Below are positions 30,812 to 44,251 of a stretch of DNA of 64,000 nucleotides, piece after piece (the first letter of the stretch is position 1; each line of letters opens with the position of its first letter). Both the position numbers and the translations under genes were made by a program. The notes under the pieces are model-generated. The model did no database searches, had not been told where the DNA came from, and saw only the letters and a list, made by a program, of their open reading frames with translations. The DNA is from Octopus vulgaris (taxonomy: Eukaryota): the NCBI GenBank assembly GCA_951406725.2, contig OX597826.1, positions 40,176,001-40,240,000 of the forward strand, written 5' to 3'.

Positions 30812-31522
30812 TGTGTGTGTGTATATATGACAGTTAGATGTAGAATCCACGAAAACTGGTCATCTTCTGCTTCTCCAAAAGTCAATCCATAAAAACTGCG
30901 GAAGAAAAATAAATTATACTGAGTTGATTTCCCTTGAGGAGGGAAGTCGCAAAATCTTGACATTTTTTTCCTTCGAATACCGTATAGAGTTGTGTGTGTG
31001 TGTTTGCATGTGTGTGTGTACGTGCATGTGCGTGTGGGGGAGAAAGTGTGAGTGTGTGTGCATATTTCATTTATATATGCATGTGGGTAGAAGTATATAT
31101 GCTATATATATATATATATATTTATGTACAAAAGACTACGTACTTTTATGTATACAAATCAGCCAAACAATTCACTTGAACTAGTGTACGTGTGTCATGC
31201 AAAAGATGATATTCACTGCAATGTTGATGTCACAAATACTCCTTTACTGTTTCCTGTGCTTCTTTTAGTCATTTGGACTGCACCTGTACTGCGACGCAGT
31301 CTTAGGTGAGTGAGTAACATTTTTAGAACTTTTAAGGCGAAACCATATAACTGGCTATCGTTACATACATATATTGAATATGTGACCATCAGCTGTGACC
31401 ATCAGTGAATATGTGACCATCAGTATGTGACCATCAGCTGCAAATAGATTTATGAAATTTTATTTCGAAATCGATCCTAAAGTATGGCTGTTACGCCCAT
31501 GTACATCGCACTTAGAAATATA

Positions 31523-31579
31523 ATCTCTATATATATGAAACAAAGAATGTCTTTCTGTCCGTCCGTCCGTCCGTTTGTA

Positions 31580-31614
<35 letters not shown>

Positions 31615-31820
31615 ATGTATGTATGTATGTATGTATGTATGAATGTGAGAGTGACTAAAACTCAAGAACAACCCAACCGATTTCATTGAAACTTTACACA
31701 TGTCTTACATAGGATCCATGCAGTGTTGTGAGCAAAAATAATTTTCAACTTCCTGCATAGTGCAAACTCCAAGCAATCTCTTATCTTTTACACTATTTCA
31801 GTTTTACATATTTAAAAGTG
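31523..31820 (+). mobile_element. Probable non-autonomous Helitron 5' portion
   Basis: Begins a|tctctatatatat followed by (GTCC)/(GTCT)/(GTAT) repeats and an aaccgatttc..aaacttt core. Confidence 0.55.
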
Positions 31821-32097
31821 AAAAAATATAATCTCTATTGTAGTGTGAGATGATACTTTCTGTTTTGATAATGTCAGTAATAACTTCAGAATTAATACTG
31901 AAACCATTATCTCATTTACATATATTATATGCAATGACGCGCGCACACACACACATACACATAACACACACACATACACACACACACACACACACATACA
32001 CACACATACACACACACATATATATACATACCTGTATATATGTGTACATGGATCTGCACATATATATGTATGCATATATATATATATATATATATTC

Positions 32098-32140
<43 letters not shown>

Positions 32141-32376
32141 TGTATATGTATAGAGATATATGGATAAGTGTATATGCATATATATGTATATACTTCCATG
32201 TATATATATATATAGATTAATATGTATATATATATGTATATATATATGTATGTATATATGTATGCATATATATGTACATATTTGTATATATATATATGCA
32301 AAAATATATGTATGCATGTATATATGAGTATATAGATATGTGTGTACATATATATGTATATATATATATATATATA

Positions 32377-32597
32377 GAATGGTTGTATACTGTCAATCTA
32401 ACAGGTACGTGACAGTAGGGGGTACACCACCGCTGTATAGCCCTAGGAAGCATCCAACGCCTCCTGATAGCTTTGACACATTTTTTCCCTGTGTCCTTAT
32501 ATACATATAACTGCATCTAGGGACACTGTGTTTCAGGATCGTTGTCCTTCATCGGCCTACTGTCACGTTCTTGTTAGATTGACAGTATACAACCATT

Positions 32598-32598
<1 letters not shown>
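32377..32598. mobile_element. Small fold-back element with ~43-bp inverted ends and an internal hammerhead-like motif
   Basis: gaatggttgtatactgtcaatctaaca..cgtgacagtagg / cctactgtcacg..tgttagattgacagtatacaaccattc; embedded in (TA)n. Confidence 0.85.
32518..32559 (-). ncRNA. Type I hammerhead motif with a variant core (CCGATGA)
   Basis: Minus strand tagg-CCGATGA-agga(caacga)tcct-GAAA-cacagtg-TC-ccta. Confidence 0.75.
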
Positions 32599-32646
<48 letters not shown>

Positions 32647-33039
32647 TGTATACGTATATATGTATATGTATAGATGTATATATATATAATATATTTATAT
32701 ATATGTATTTATGTATGAATATACATATTTATGTATATATATATATTTATGTGTATATATATATGTATATATACATATATATGTATATGTATGAAACAAA
32801 TTATATAGCAACATAAAAAATAAAAACTGTAATCCATTTTATCATCTAATCTCATCCATTGCATAAATGTGAATGAAATTGTTGAACTGTGTTTAATAAG
32901 TTAAATCATATATTGATTACTTCTATACAAGCTTCCATACCTGTACAAATTTATATAAGTAAATTAAAAAATAAAGTATGAAGAAACGACCTAAAGGCCG
33001 AACCGAACTCACATTCATCCGTCAAAATATATACATATG

Positions 33040-33548
33040 ACCATGGGTGCATTTAAGAGGTTTCTCCCTCGGGGCACAAGTCTGGGCGAAAAGTCACTCA
33101 CCGGCGAACGCAAAAAGCCAGGGTTGATTTTATGGAGGACCAGCAACCTCCCATGCATACTAGCCTCCCCTCCCATGCCACTGATGTTCTCCAAGGGAAA
33201 GGCAAAGGCCGACACCGCTTGGTACCAGTGACGTCGAAACACATGTCTACAGCTGAGTGAAATGGAGCAACGTGAAATAAAGTGTTTTGCTCAAGAACTC
33301 TTTATTTTGTCCGACGTTCGTTTCGACTCGTCCTGCAACTGTCCTTTATAGGTGGGATGCCGTGCTCAGCGACACACACTCTATGTATGTATCTATCTCA
33401 TGTGACTCAGGCCGCAGGTTGGGTCGAAACGATCGTCGTACAAAGTAAAGAGTTGTGGCAATTTCATCTGCTGTAACCCGGTCCGGGAATCGAGATCACA
33501 ACATCACGAGCGTAAGCTCGACGCTCTAACCACTGAGCCATGCACCTT
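33040..33548 (-). mobile_element. tRNA-derived SINE interrupted by a MITE
   Basis: Minus-strand head aggtgcatggctcagtggttagagcg..tcgattcccggaccggg; the body resumes at ..cttgagcaaaacac beyond the insert. Confidence 0.75.
33296..33474 (+). mobile_element. MITE-like element nested in the SINE
   Basis: aactctttattttgtccgacg...cgtcgtacaaagtaaagagtt; same family as 24925-25200. Confidence 0.8.
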
Positions 33549-33565
33549 AACTTATATACCTATAT

Positions 33566-33609
<44 letters not shown>

Positions 33610-33630
33610 ATTGTTGTAGTAGTAGTAGTT

Positions 33631-33670
<40 letters not shown>

Positions 33671-34673
33671 AAGTAGTAGTAGTTGTAGTCCTAGTAGTAG
33701 TAGTAGTAGTAGTAGCTGGATTTTATGTTGGTGAAAGTAGAGAGGGGGGGCTGAGCATGACTACCTGTAAGGTTAATTGTATAGATGTATTTTAGATTTT
33801 ACGTTCTGATTTATCAACTAAGTTCCATACGTCTTACACAACCAAGAACGCAGCTCTAAAATGTTTGTTTTAAATCTTTTCCTCAATCAGTCTTAATAAT
33901 TTGCCTTGCGTTTCGATGAATAAAAATGTTATGGAATACATATGGCTTTCTCTTAAACATATGTATATGCATCTACATCGATACATATATTCCTATCCCT
34001 ATATGATATAAGATATAACGCATATTACACAGACAGGTTTTGGCAGATGCAGTTTTCAAAAACAAATAATAATGATAATCAAATAAATAAATAAAATTAA
34101 AATATCTAGAATCTATCGTTTACTTTCAGTATTTTTTCATCGAAATATGTTTCATGAAGAAATTCTTTTTTTTTCTCTCTTGAGTCTTCTCAGCCTTCAT
34201 TCTAAAGTGACACCATCACGTTGTAATCCTTTAGATGTACTTTTCGGTGGGGATGAAGCATAACATACTACCTGTCTCTATATAATTTCTTCGCATATTG
34301 ATTTTATTTGGGCCTTTTTTCCTTGTGTATCTGCGTGAGTATGTACCTGTGTGGATATGTTGGTGCGAGCCTGTTCATCATTTTGAGTGAAAGACTGATA
34401 AATTATTCTGTGTGCATAACTTTACCCATAATCTCATTGGTTGTAAAAAAAAGTCTCTTCATAAATATATTTTACACAAGTGTTTTAGTCACGTATGCAT
34501 GTGTTGAAAAAGGGCTGCCGCACCACTTTATTTTCAGTGTTATTCAACTCACTACTTATTAAGATATAGTTTATAATCAAAATATAAGTACGCAAGCACA
34601 CCCTCCACACACACCCTCACACAAGCATATCTCTATGCATATACATGCATATCTCTATGCGTAGATCTATGCA

Positions 34674-34890
34674 CACGATAGTGTGCTAAAAGTTTGGGCT
34701 TTAAGGGTATCGCGAAAGCCTGGTTGGAAGCCCAACCGTGCGAGTTCTTTTATAGGGCTTTGAAAAACTGAAGCAACACTGGAGTAAGTGAGTGTGAATC
34801 TGAGAAGAGGAAAATGTCGAGTAAAATCATAATTAATTCATCCTCTTGTATTTTCTTTTATCTAAAGAAGCCATTCAGTTCCACCTCATA
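34674..34890 (+). mobile_element. Old mariner-derived MITE
   Basis: Degenerate inverted ends, with a remnant resembling the last codons of a mariner transposase. Confidence 0.45.
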
Positions 34891-34898
34891 TATATATA

Positions 34899-34950
34899 TA
34901 CTAACAGAGGTACCCGGCCTTACTCGGGATTAAAATGGCATAGTTGTTTT
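34899..34950 (-). mobile_element. Helitron-like 3' end
   Basis: Minus-strand hairpin cccgagtaaggccggg followed by tacctctgTTAG|t. Confidence 0.5.
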
Positions 34951-34954
34951 TTAT

Positions 34955-35180
34955 TGTTTCTCTTATTTCAGTCATGTGACTGCGGCCATACTGGAGCACT
35001 GCCTTAGGTCGAAAATATCGACACAGGATATATTGTTTGTAAGCTTAGTAGTTATTCTATCAGTGTCTTTTGCCGAACTGCTAAAGTTATAGGAAGGTAA
35101 ACACAGCAACATCGGTTCTTAAGCAATGGTGGGGTACACACACACACAAATATACATACATATACGACTGTCTTCCCTCT
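34955..35180 (-). mobile_element. SINE 3' half
   Basis: tttcagtcatgtgactgcggccat..ctggagcac..ttttgccgaactgctaa; same family as 28899 and 39201. Confidence 0.75.
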
Positions 35181-35189
35181 ACACACATA

Positions 35190-35248
<59 letters not shown>

Positions 35249-35362
35249 ATATTTCGGAATGGTCATATTGCCAGTTTAGCCAATAAAAACACACGCACTA
35301 TATATTTGGTGTTATTTTGCTTCAGTGATATTTATTTTTTACGTTAATCTTAATCTTATTTC

Positions 35363-35407
35363 GGCCAGAGTTCTTTCGTCACACTCCTGTGACCGCATCA
35401 GTGGTCC
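35363..35407 (-). ncRNA. Hammerhead-like motif with a non-canonical core
   Basis: Minus strand ggacca-CTGATGC-g-gtcaca(ggag)tgtgac-GAAA-gaac-TC-tggcc. Confidence 0.6.
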
Positions 35408-36244
35408 TTTGTTTTCTTCTTTCTTATTTGTTTGTGACTCTCCTTACTAACCGTCAGCCATTTTGTATTTCTATTGTATGTCTTCATTTGCGCATGCTTA
35501 TATCTCTATGTGGGTCTATGTTTATTTAGTGTGTGTGTGGGGGGGATGCCTGTAATATTTGTATCTTCTGTTTATATACATTCATGTAATTTGTATTTTG
35601 CTTTTGTTGTCGTTGCTTTTGTTGTCGTTGCTTTTGTTCTAATTTTGTTCATGTGTTTACATCCACCCATTATTATCATTACATATGCTTGTATGTATGT
35701 ATGTATAACAACAATATTAGTAATAATAATAATAAATCTAATCGAAAAAAAAAATCTAATCGAAAAAAAAAATATATATATATACACATACATATACACA
35801 TATACACACACACATATATATATATATATACATATATACATAGATACATATACATATATATGTATATATATATATGTGTGTGTGTGTGTATATGTGTATA
35901 TGTATGTATATATATATTTTTTTTTTCGATTAGATTTATTATTATTATTACTAATATTGTTGTTATACATACATACAAGCATATGCAATGATAATAATGG
36001 GTGGATGTAAACACATGAACAAAATTAGAACAAAAGCAACAGCAACAAAAACAAAATACAAATTACATGAATGTATATAAACAGAAGATACAAATATTAC
36101 AGGCATCCCCCACACACACACACTAAATAAACATAGACGCACATAGAGATATAAGCATGCGCAAATGAAGACATACAATAGAAATACAAAATGGCTGACG
36201 GTTAGTAAGGAGAGACACAAACAAATAAGAAAGAAGAAAACAAA

Positions 36245-36289
36245 GGACCACTGATGCGGTCACAGGAGTGTGACGAAAGAACTCCGGCC
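36245..36289 (+). ncRNA. Hammerhead-like motif with a non-canonical core (second arm)
   Basis: Same as 35363-35407 but with one stem I substitution (tc-cggcc). Confidence 0.55.
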
Positions 36290-36467
36290 GAAATAAGATT
36301 AAGATTAATGTAAAAAATAAATATCACTGAAGCAAAATAACACCAAGTATATAGTGCGTGTGTTTTTATTGACTAAACTGGCAATATGACCATTCCAAAA
36401 TATAACAATATCTGTTTCAACACACGACTTCACATAAAAATCTTGCACAACAAATATTTAAACGTAC

Positions 36468-36499
<32 letters not shown>

Positions 36500-36779
36500 T
36501 ATAAATATATATACATATATACATATATATTCTCATATATGCATATATGCATACACACACATATCTATATGTACATATATATACGCATATATACATACAT
36601 ACATATACATATATATATACATACATACATACATACATATATATATATAATCATCCCATTTTGAATTATATGGATAATACCATGCTAAATTCTGGTGCCT
36701 TTAACTTAAGTACCATATTCAACTGAATATATATATATGTGTGTGTGTTGTGTGTAAAGGCTGATACTTTTTCCGAGCT

Positions 36780-37580
36780 GGGATTCGAAACCAAATCTAA
36801 GGAGAAAACAGACAAAAATAATGGATTGTTTCCCTTCGACCTTAGACCCCCAGCCGCGTTATTTAAGGTTCAAAGGTATACCTCTAGGTATTCTTTAGGG
36901 CATGCCAGCCCAGCTGATTTGGGGCTGTATGGAAGGTCATCAGGAAGATAATGTTTCCTGAGGAGTTCACTTCCAACACGTAGAATATCACATTCTTCGC
37001 TTTTCAGCACTAAGTTAATGTATTCACTTTTGCTGCTATTGTTTAGCAAATGTTGTCTAAGAGAGACTATGCAATATTCGAAGGCTGCTTGCACTGATTT
37101 TCAAGCGTCTACCTCCTTTATCTCTTCATAGGTAGAGTCGGCCAATATTACCATTTCTGTAAAAATTTCCAGTTGATGTTAGAATATTGCGGGTTTTAAT
37201 GTCTACGGAGTGGATTTCTTCTGCACACTAGTTCGGGTATCCCAAATATTGGAATCAGCATTGGTACTGCAAATGCGTTATGGGACATTGTCTTGTTGTG
37301 AGAGAAGAGTTCAGACTGCCATATTTTTCTTAGTCTGATGTAATATTCTTGAGCAAGTCTATCTTTATTCACACTACTTTCGTTTCATATATTTTCCTCA
37401 ATGCCTAGGTAATTGTAACATTCTTTTTGTAAGGCAGGAGAGATAGTGAGACCATTTTTGCACAGGTTCTCTATCTGGGGGGTTGATTTTCCCCATTCAA
37501 CAATCAAATAAGAAAATTTCTTCTGGCCAAATTCCATTAACTATGTCAGCTGAAAATATTGTTAACTTCAGCTGTTTTTT
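36780..37580 (-). pseudogene. Degraded R4/Dong-type RT C-terminal region
   Basis: YNYLGIEENI..EYYIRLRKIWQSEL..NKTMSHNAFAVP. Confidence 0.75.
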
Positions 37581-39200
37581 TTTTTGGCATTGCTAACATT
37601 TTAAGCATAAATGATGTAGGTATGTATGTATGTATCTATGTATCTATGTACGTACTTGTATATGTATGTATATGTGTATATGTGTGTATGTATATATTTA
37701 TGTATATCAGTTTATGACTGTTATTCACGCATTTTTATATAACATGTTCATCTATATACAAGCATATAAAAATTATGCAGCTATGTATATAAGTTCAGAG
37801 ACTTGCGTAACCTACACACACTTTCGACGCACATATGTACGTGCACAAAAGCAAAGATATTAATGTATTAGCAGCTCGAATCAGATGTGCACTACAACTT
37901 TCAAGGTTTCAAAAACCTGTCTGATCATACAGATACAATGACACTGAATAGTGGCGAAGTCACGGACCTGAAAGGGCAGATTTCCTTTGAATAATATGTG
38001 AAACTTGTTTCTGTGAGACGTCTGGAGTTACACGGTAAACATTGGTACTTAATGACGGATAGGTGTTGTAATTAATGTCAAGTAGCTTCTTCATCAGTTC
38101 CTCGCCTTATGTTAAAGCTCAACAAGGGCACTTATGATAATATTTGCACACTTAGGTGAGGATAGGGATTTTGCTACTCGTATATTCTATACAATAGAAG
38201 GGCATCTGGATAATTAACTACTCGCTAACCAACATATTACAATTCCCATCACTAACCTTCTGGTGTTACCAGAATGTTTTCTAAATATGGTCGTTATATC
38301 TCACCCCCAACCACCAAGGTCCTACAAAGCACCTATTTTTTTCTCCTCAGCTCATTTCTGATGCATTTTGTTTTAACGGATCTACAGCAAAATTTATCCA
38401 GATTCTTCCATTCCCTCTATTTCTTTCCTTCTAATGATCTACCTTAATACTAGGCACCTCCATTTCACTTCTACATATGTATATACATAGTGCCTGCAGA
38501 ATGTTATGGATATTTCCATTCCATACATGCCCACAAGATTTCTGTCTCAAACTTGCAATAAATTACTAAAGACCATTTTTAATACACATTTCAGAATATA
38601 TTTTTTAAAAATCAATCACAGTTACTATCTGTACGTGTTTTAGCACTGAAAAAGATATTTGTTGTCATAGTTAACTACAGTAAGTCTTGCTTTTATAGTT
38701 AATAAATTATTTAGCATCCGCACAAATATCACTTAAAGAAATTCTGATATCTAAGCATTCATGGTGCCAAGTTTATTTACACATAACTACCAATATTTTA
38801 TCGTCTTCCAGCATATGATACCAGGATTTTGTTTTAAGCAGCAGCTCCTCCTTGATATAATCCGCATCAACAGAGTTTATGTTGATAAAAAGGAAAATAA
38901 TGACAATGTCTCAATAGATAAAAACTATAATTGTATCTCATTGAATCTAATGAGCTGAATATATATGGTTTTCATTCAAACATTGTGCAGCTGCAGATTA
39001 ACCACTTAATAGAAAGAAAATGGCTTGAACTCCCAGTAGGATTAGTTTTAAAATATCCAGGCAAGATATTAGTAACGATAATGGTATTTAAAACGAAGCA
39101 CTTTTAACTAAAACATAATTCCATCTAGATGTCTGAAAGCACCTTTAAAAACAATACTTTATGACAAAAGCAAAAGGATATAAGACGTATACATATATAA

Positions 39201-39361
39201 GTGCAGGAGTGGCTGTGTGGTAAGTAGCTCGCTTACAAACCACATGGTTCCGGGTTCAGTCCCACTGCGTGGCACTTTGGTCAAGTGTATTTTACTATAG
39301 CCTCGAGCCGAGCAAAGCATTGTGAGTGGATTTGGTAGATGGAAACTGAAAGAATCTCGTC

Positions 39362-39404
<43 letters not shown>

Positions 39405-39575
39405 CGTGTGTGTATATGTTGTGTATCTGTGTTTGTCGCCGCAACATCGCTTGATAACCGATGCTGGTGTGTTTAGGTCCACGTAACTTAGCGGTTCGGC
39501 AAAAGAGACCGATAGAATAAGTACTAGGCTTACTAGGCTTACAAAGAATAAGTCCTGGGGTTTGACGACTGAAAC
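39201..39575 (+). mobile_element. Near-full-length tRNA-derived SINE with an internal (TA)/(TG) tract
   Basis: A-box-like tggctgtgtgg at ~39210 and B-box-like ggttcagtccc at 39253-39263; several other fragments occur in the window. Confidence 0.85.
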
Positions 39576-41110
39576 ACGTAAAAGAATAAAAGAATATATA
39601 TGCATTAAAATAATTAAATAGTAAATTTAATTTACTAATAATACTTCGCAGTCACAGTTCACCGAGGTAATCGACAATACGCAACAAAAAACAAACAAGA
39701 TAGGAACGTAGCAGGTGTAGAAGTGGCTATATACCACCATTGTGTTTCACAACCGATATCTGACAATTAGATTTCCACCTATCGGTAAAAAGGAGGGTGG
39801 GATATATCTAGATAACATTAATAAGTAAACGGAATGATAATACAACGCCATCATAAAATGTCCGCCTCCATTCTCAATATACGATACAGACATGCTATGA
39901 GACATACATTCACTGAAAATGGTCGTCATTTTCATATGTGTTGATAGATTGTCACACATTCTTCAAAATCTGTTTCTTTTTAATTAAATCTGAAAACATA
40001 GAAAGTGCCAAACAGTAGTCGTTTCTTTCTTGAAATCACTGCATTTACCACTAAACACAAAAAGTTGGCAACGAAGGTTTCAGTTCTCAAGGTGTTTAAC
40101 ATACTCGCATAGTTTCTCAAAACCTTTACGAACGGAACCTAAAACGTAAGATAGAATAGGCTCAATGGAACCAACACAGACACGTTCCTGGATAATTTTA
40201 TTAGCCTTATGCGGAATCTTTTTTGGCTTACATTTCTACTCAGCACCCTAACATTTCTACGAGAATATTAAACACCTTGTACAGTTTCCAGTATTTGAAG
40301 TTACCCTCACTATATATACTCTTCGTTTTAACTGGCAACGAAAAGCTATTGATATTTTATTTTTTGTTTTTAGTATTTGCACATATTTTACAGCTATTAA
40401 ATTCGAATTCATTTTACATTTTTGATCTTTCTACAGGAACATTTCTTGTATTATACAAGAAAGAAAGTACTTCTAACCTCAGCTTTGAATCAAGAATTTA
40501 TCAGCCCGAGCTATTGTTATTCTCATCCAGTTTTATCAACAATTTTTCATTTGTAAAATATTTCCTGTCGACGTGTAATACTTTACGATTTCATTTTCAA
40601 ATTTCATTTTTTCTATTGTTGTTTTGAAATATATAAGGTGGCGGAGTTGTGATTTACTACGAGTAAATATACATCGAATCAGCATTAACAACGAAAAAAT
40701 AAAAAAGATGAATATTTGTTGGGGAAGACATGATAAATCCTCGATGGGATAGAAATATTTAACATACATTGATACTAGAATTATCCAAATATAAGTTCGT
40801 TTTCTTTTTCTGGCGTTGATGTCATAAATTCTCTATAGTGCAGCAAATCTTCACAGGTATAAGTCTTGCAATAAGGCAGGTTTACTATGTTGAATAGTCT
40901 AGTTTGATATATTTTTGTCCAAAATTAAAGAGCTTTTTCAAGGATATATACCAGAGTATCATGTGATACGTTATGGAATTTTCCCCCAAAATAGCCATTC
41001 ATGACCCCGGTATTACGTATGCATATAAACATACATATATACACATACACACACACACTCACACACACACACACACAATATATATATATATATATATATA
41101 TGCATTTATT

Positions 41111-41147
<37 letters not shown>

Positions 41148-41209
41148 CCGCACACATACACGCATATATATATTTGATGTATACACACACACACACGAAT
41201 ATATATATA

Positions 41210-41417
41210 AGTTAATCCAAACACGAAAACACAAAGAGAAAACACAACAACGCGAGGACGTGGAACAAATATAGTATTATTGGACGCTCAGGAAGGAAGG
41301 GAAGAAGGAGGGTTTAACGTTTCGAGCGGAGCTCTTCGTCAGAAACATAGGAAAAGGAAAGATCCAGAGAAGGGAAGACGGAGGAAAAACATCGCCGACG
41401 GTACACACGCGGTCACC
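41210..41417 (-). mobile_element. Short Penelope-type terminal fragment
   Basis: Starts at (TA)n; homologous to 49384-49575; carries a hammerhead motif. Confidence 0.75.
41312..41346 (-). ncRNA. Minimal type I hammerhead motif
   Basis: Minus strand gttt-CTGACGA-a-gagc(tcc)gctc-GAAA-cg-TT-aaac, with palindromic AACGTT in place of stem III. Confidence 0.8.
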
Positions 41418-42024
41418 CCTTACACGCTAGAAAGGGCAGTTAAACCCAACCATGAAAAAATAAGTCTAAAGGCACGCCGATAAAGCACTAGAATGAAAGG
41501 AAATATTTTATTTAGTTAATCTCAAACTCGAGTTTATTAATGAGCAAATAAATGAATTTGTCATTCATAGTTGGTCAGTGGGATCAATCAATAAACAATA
41601 CATAATTATGTAACATTAATGCGTACCATAAAAACACGCGCGAACTACATCCTTATAACATTATGGTTTGAAATCAAGCGTGCAGGCGCATTCACATAGC
41701 CAGCAGCAAATTGTTAAGTTTTAAAAAGTGCGTAATATAAGCCACAGAATTGGGAAGTTTTACTGTGTAAATCAAAAGGGTATAAAATTAGAATAATTTA
41801 TTACCGGTGGCTCGCACGCATAATAAAAGTCATTAGACAACATATTTTTATATATAAGATTGCATATAGATATATACACAAAGAGAAGACCTATGAGTGA
41901 GTAGACCAACGGAAGAAAAGGGCACTCAAGACATTTATGCACACACATACACATATATATATATACATACATATATTACGTGTGTGTATGAGTATGTGTG
42001 TGTGCATGTGTGTGCGTGTTTGTG

Positions 42025-42067
<43 letters not shown>

Positions 42068-42070
<3 letters not shown>

Positions 42071-42900
42071 AGGGTATTTGAGCTCTAAATGACAATCTGC
42101 ATAAAAGGAAAATAAACATCATATCCCATCCCATAAATTCAAGTATTTTCAAAGATCAAAAGCTTTCAATTAGATTACAGCTGAGAGATAAAATTTTACT
42201 CCATGCAGCTGCTCTCAGCTTTTACCTCCGCTCCAAGACGACGCTGGAACTTAGCGCATGCGTTTCTCACAGTATTGTAAAATCTTTGAACACCTCCTTG
42301 ATCTTGTCCAACAGTCGGCCGTACGGTAGCTGGCAGAGCGGTTGGTGTGTTTCTCACTGCATTCCACGCATAGTAATCCATTAGATTACAATCAGGGTAA
42401 TTAGAACGACAAAAATTGCGGCTGGTCAACTTGTAAACATTCTCCAAGAACCACTTCTGACTCTTTTCAGGGTTATGGCAAGGAACCATATCCTGCTATC
42501 ACATATATAGCCTTCCATAAGCAAGCTCTCCAAGCCATGGTTTGGCTGTCTGAATTTGCTTTTGTATTTGTACCAGTGGTAGGGAGTGTTTTCGTTCCGG
42601 CCCAGCTCCAATACCCATTTTTCTGGCTTTCTTGCTAAAGCTCGGATTCCCTTGCTCGGATTTTCCACGACCTTGTCCTGCAGTTGTTGGGTGTATTCTT
42701 GCGTACTAATATATTCAGAACGTCTTGAGAATAGATGGACATATCACGTGATCTGTGTGTTACAATTAAATAGAAGATTGTATGACATATTTGCCAGCTA
42801 CATTTGGCAACCAATGACATCTAATCCTATTGTGATATTGTTATATACTGTCATGCTACTTCTCTTTACTCGTTTGAATATTCGGCAACGTGAGGACTAA
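42068..42900 (-). mobile_element. Tc1/mariner DD37D (maT-type) remnant
   Basis: QD-MVPCH..SQKW..NYPDCNLM-DYYAW with 37 residues between the Asp residues; TIR-like tacagggt at 42068. Confidence 0.8.
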
Positions 42901-43067
42901 GTGAATTATACTGGTGTCACGTTTAGACTTGAGCGGAAACACATGAGTAATAAACGTGTAGAAAACTATCTGAAGCAAGTCGCGCCATCTTTAAATAATG
43001 AAAGTGACGTCATGAGAACCAGTGCAAAAGGTCGATCGTACATGTCTTCAGGAGAAAGTAACAGATG

Positions 43068-43305
43068 GAAAAGAAAAACAAAACTGATAGACGAAACAAG
43101 AATTGTCCTCTCTAATAAACAAATATATTTTTTCTCTGATTCCGACATTTCAGATTAAATTACTTTCAGAAAACACCAGTTAATCACAAATTTTGATAGT
43201 TTAGGGGATTCGCACACGAAACTAATAAACACATATGTATGTGCATGTGTGTGTTTGCATTGCATGCGTACAAAAGTGTGTGTATGTAACAAATATATTA
43301 CTCTG

Positions 43306-43353
<48 letters not shown>

Positions 43354-43560
43354 GACATATATACACACATTGTATTCGCTGTACATGTACACATACACAT
43401 GTATGTATGTATTTGTATTCTCGTGTGTAAATGTCTGAAAACTTGCAATAAATGTGATTAACTCGACTTTTCTAGAAGTAATTTAAGACAGACTGTCGTA
43501 ATCTGAGAAAAAATATATACGTCTATTATTGCTTCGCCAATCAGTTTCGTTTTTCTTTTC
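43068..43560. repeat. Diverged inverted repeat (43068-43192 and 43450-43560) around a microsatellite core
   Basis: gaaaagaaaaac..aaactgat..tatattttttctc..ttaaattactt..gttaatcaca is mirrored. Confidence 0.8.
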
Positions 43561-43596
43561 ACTCTGTCATATCTACATATATATGTGTGTGTTTGA

Positions 43597-43646
<50 letters not shown>

Positions 43647-44251
43647 ATGTGTGTGTTTGTGTGTGGTGTGTGTTTGTCTTGTGCTTGTGTGTTTGAGTGT
43701 GTATGGTTATTACGGGTATTACACAATTCAATATACACAGATAGACATGCGCATATACACACTTGAATACAAGTATGTGCATCACATGTACCTTTACATG
43801 AAAATTCCTTGACTGTTTGCATATGAGAGGTAACATGTAAAGTGTGAAACCGGAAAAAACGGAGAGGGAGGGAGGGAGGGAGAGAGACATAGAAAGAGAG
43901 ACAAACAGGCTACGAACGTCAGTTGTATTGAATTGATTACTTTGAGAAATAGGATGGAGGTGTTTGTTAAATGTTGAACGTTACGTATGATCGTACAGCT
44001 GAGATTTTATTTTAAAATATATGATGAGTAAAGTGCAAGCTAAAATAATTCTTATGTGAGTATTCTGTTTTAAGAGTACAATAGTTGTAATTGTATTTTA
44101 TGTTTAATATGTTTCTAGTTTCTTGGATACCAGGAAGTATATTACCCAACGTTTACTTTATTTCCGCAAGTCAATGACTTGAGTAACAATTGACTGCTAT
44201 TTTTAAGATATCAGTCGATCACATTGAAGTTGTTTTGTCGGCACATAACCC

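Larger units (their letters stand above)
35241..36467. mobile_element. ~1.17-kb near-perfect palindrome (35241-36411), Penelope-type inverted structure with a hammerhead-like motif in each arm
   Basis: The left arm is the reverse complement of the right arm about a centre near 35850; the right arm extends a further ~55 bp; (TA)n flanks. Confidence 0.9.

Noticed and set aside
31380-31440. Four short tgtgaccatcag repeats
   Set aside because: A local slippage minisatellite with no further structure.
39201-39275. tRNA gene
   Set aside because: A and B boxes are present but there is no complete cloverleaf, and the sequence continues into a repeated SINE body; the same applies to 33480-33548 and 11500-11588.
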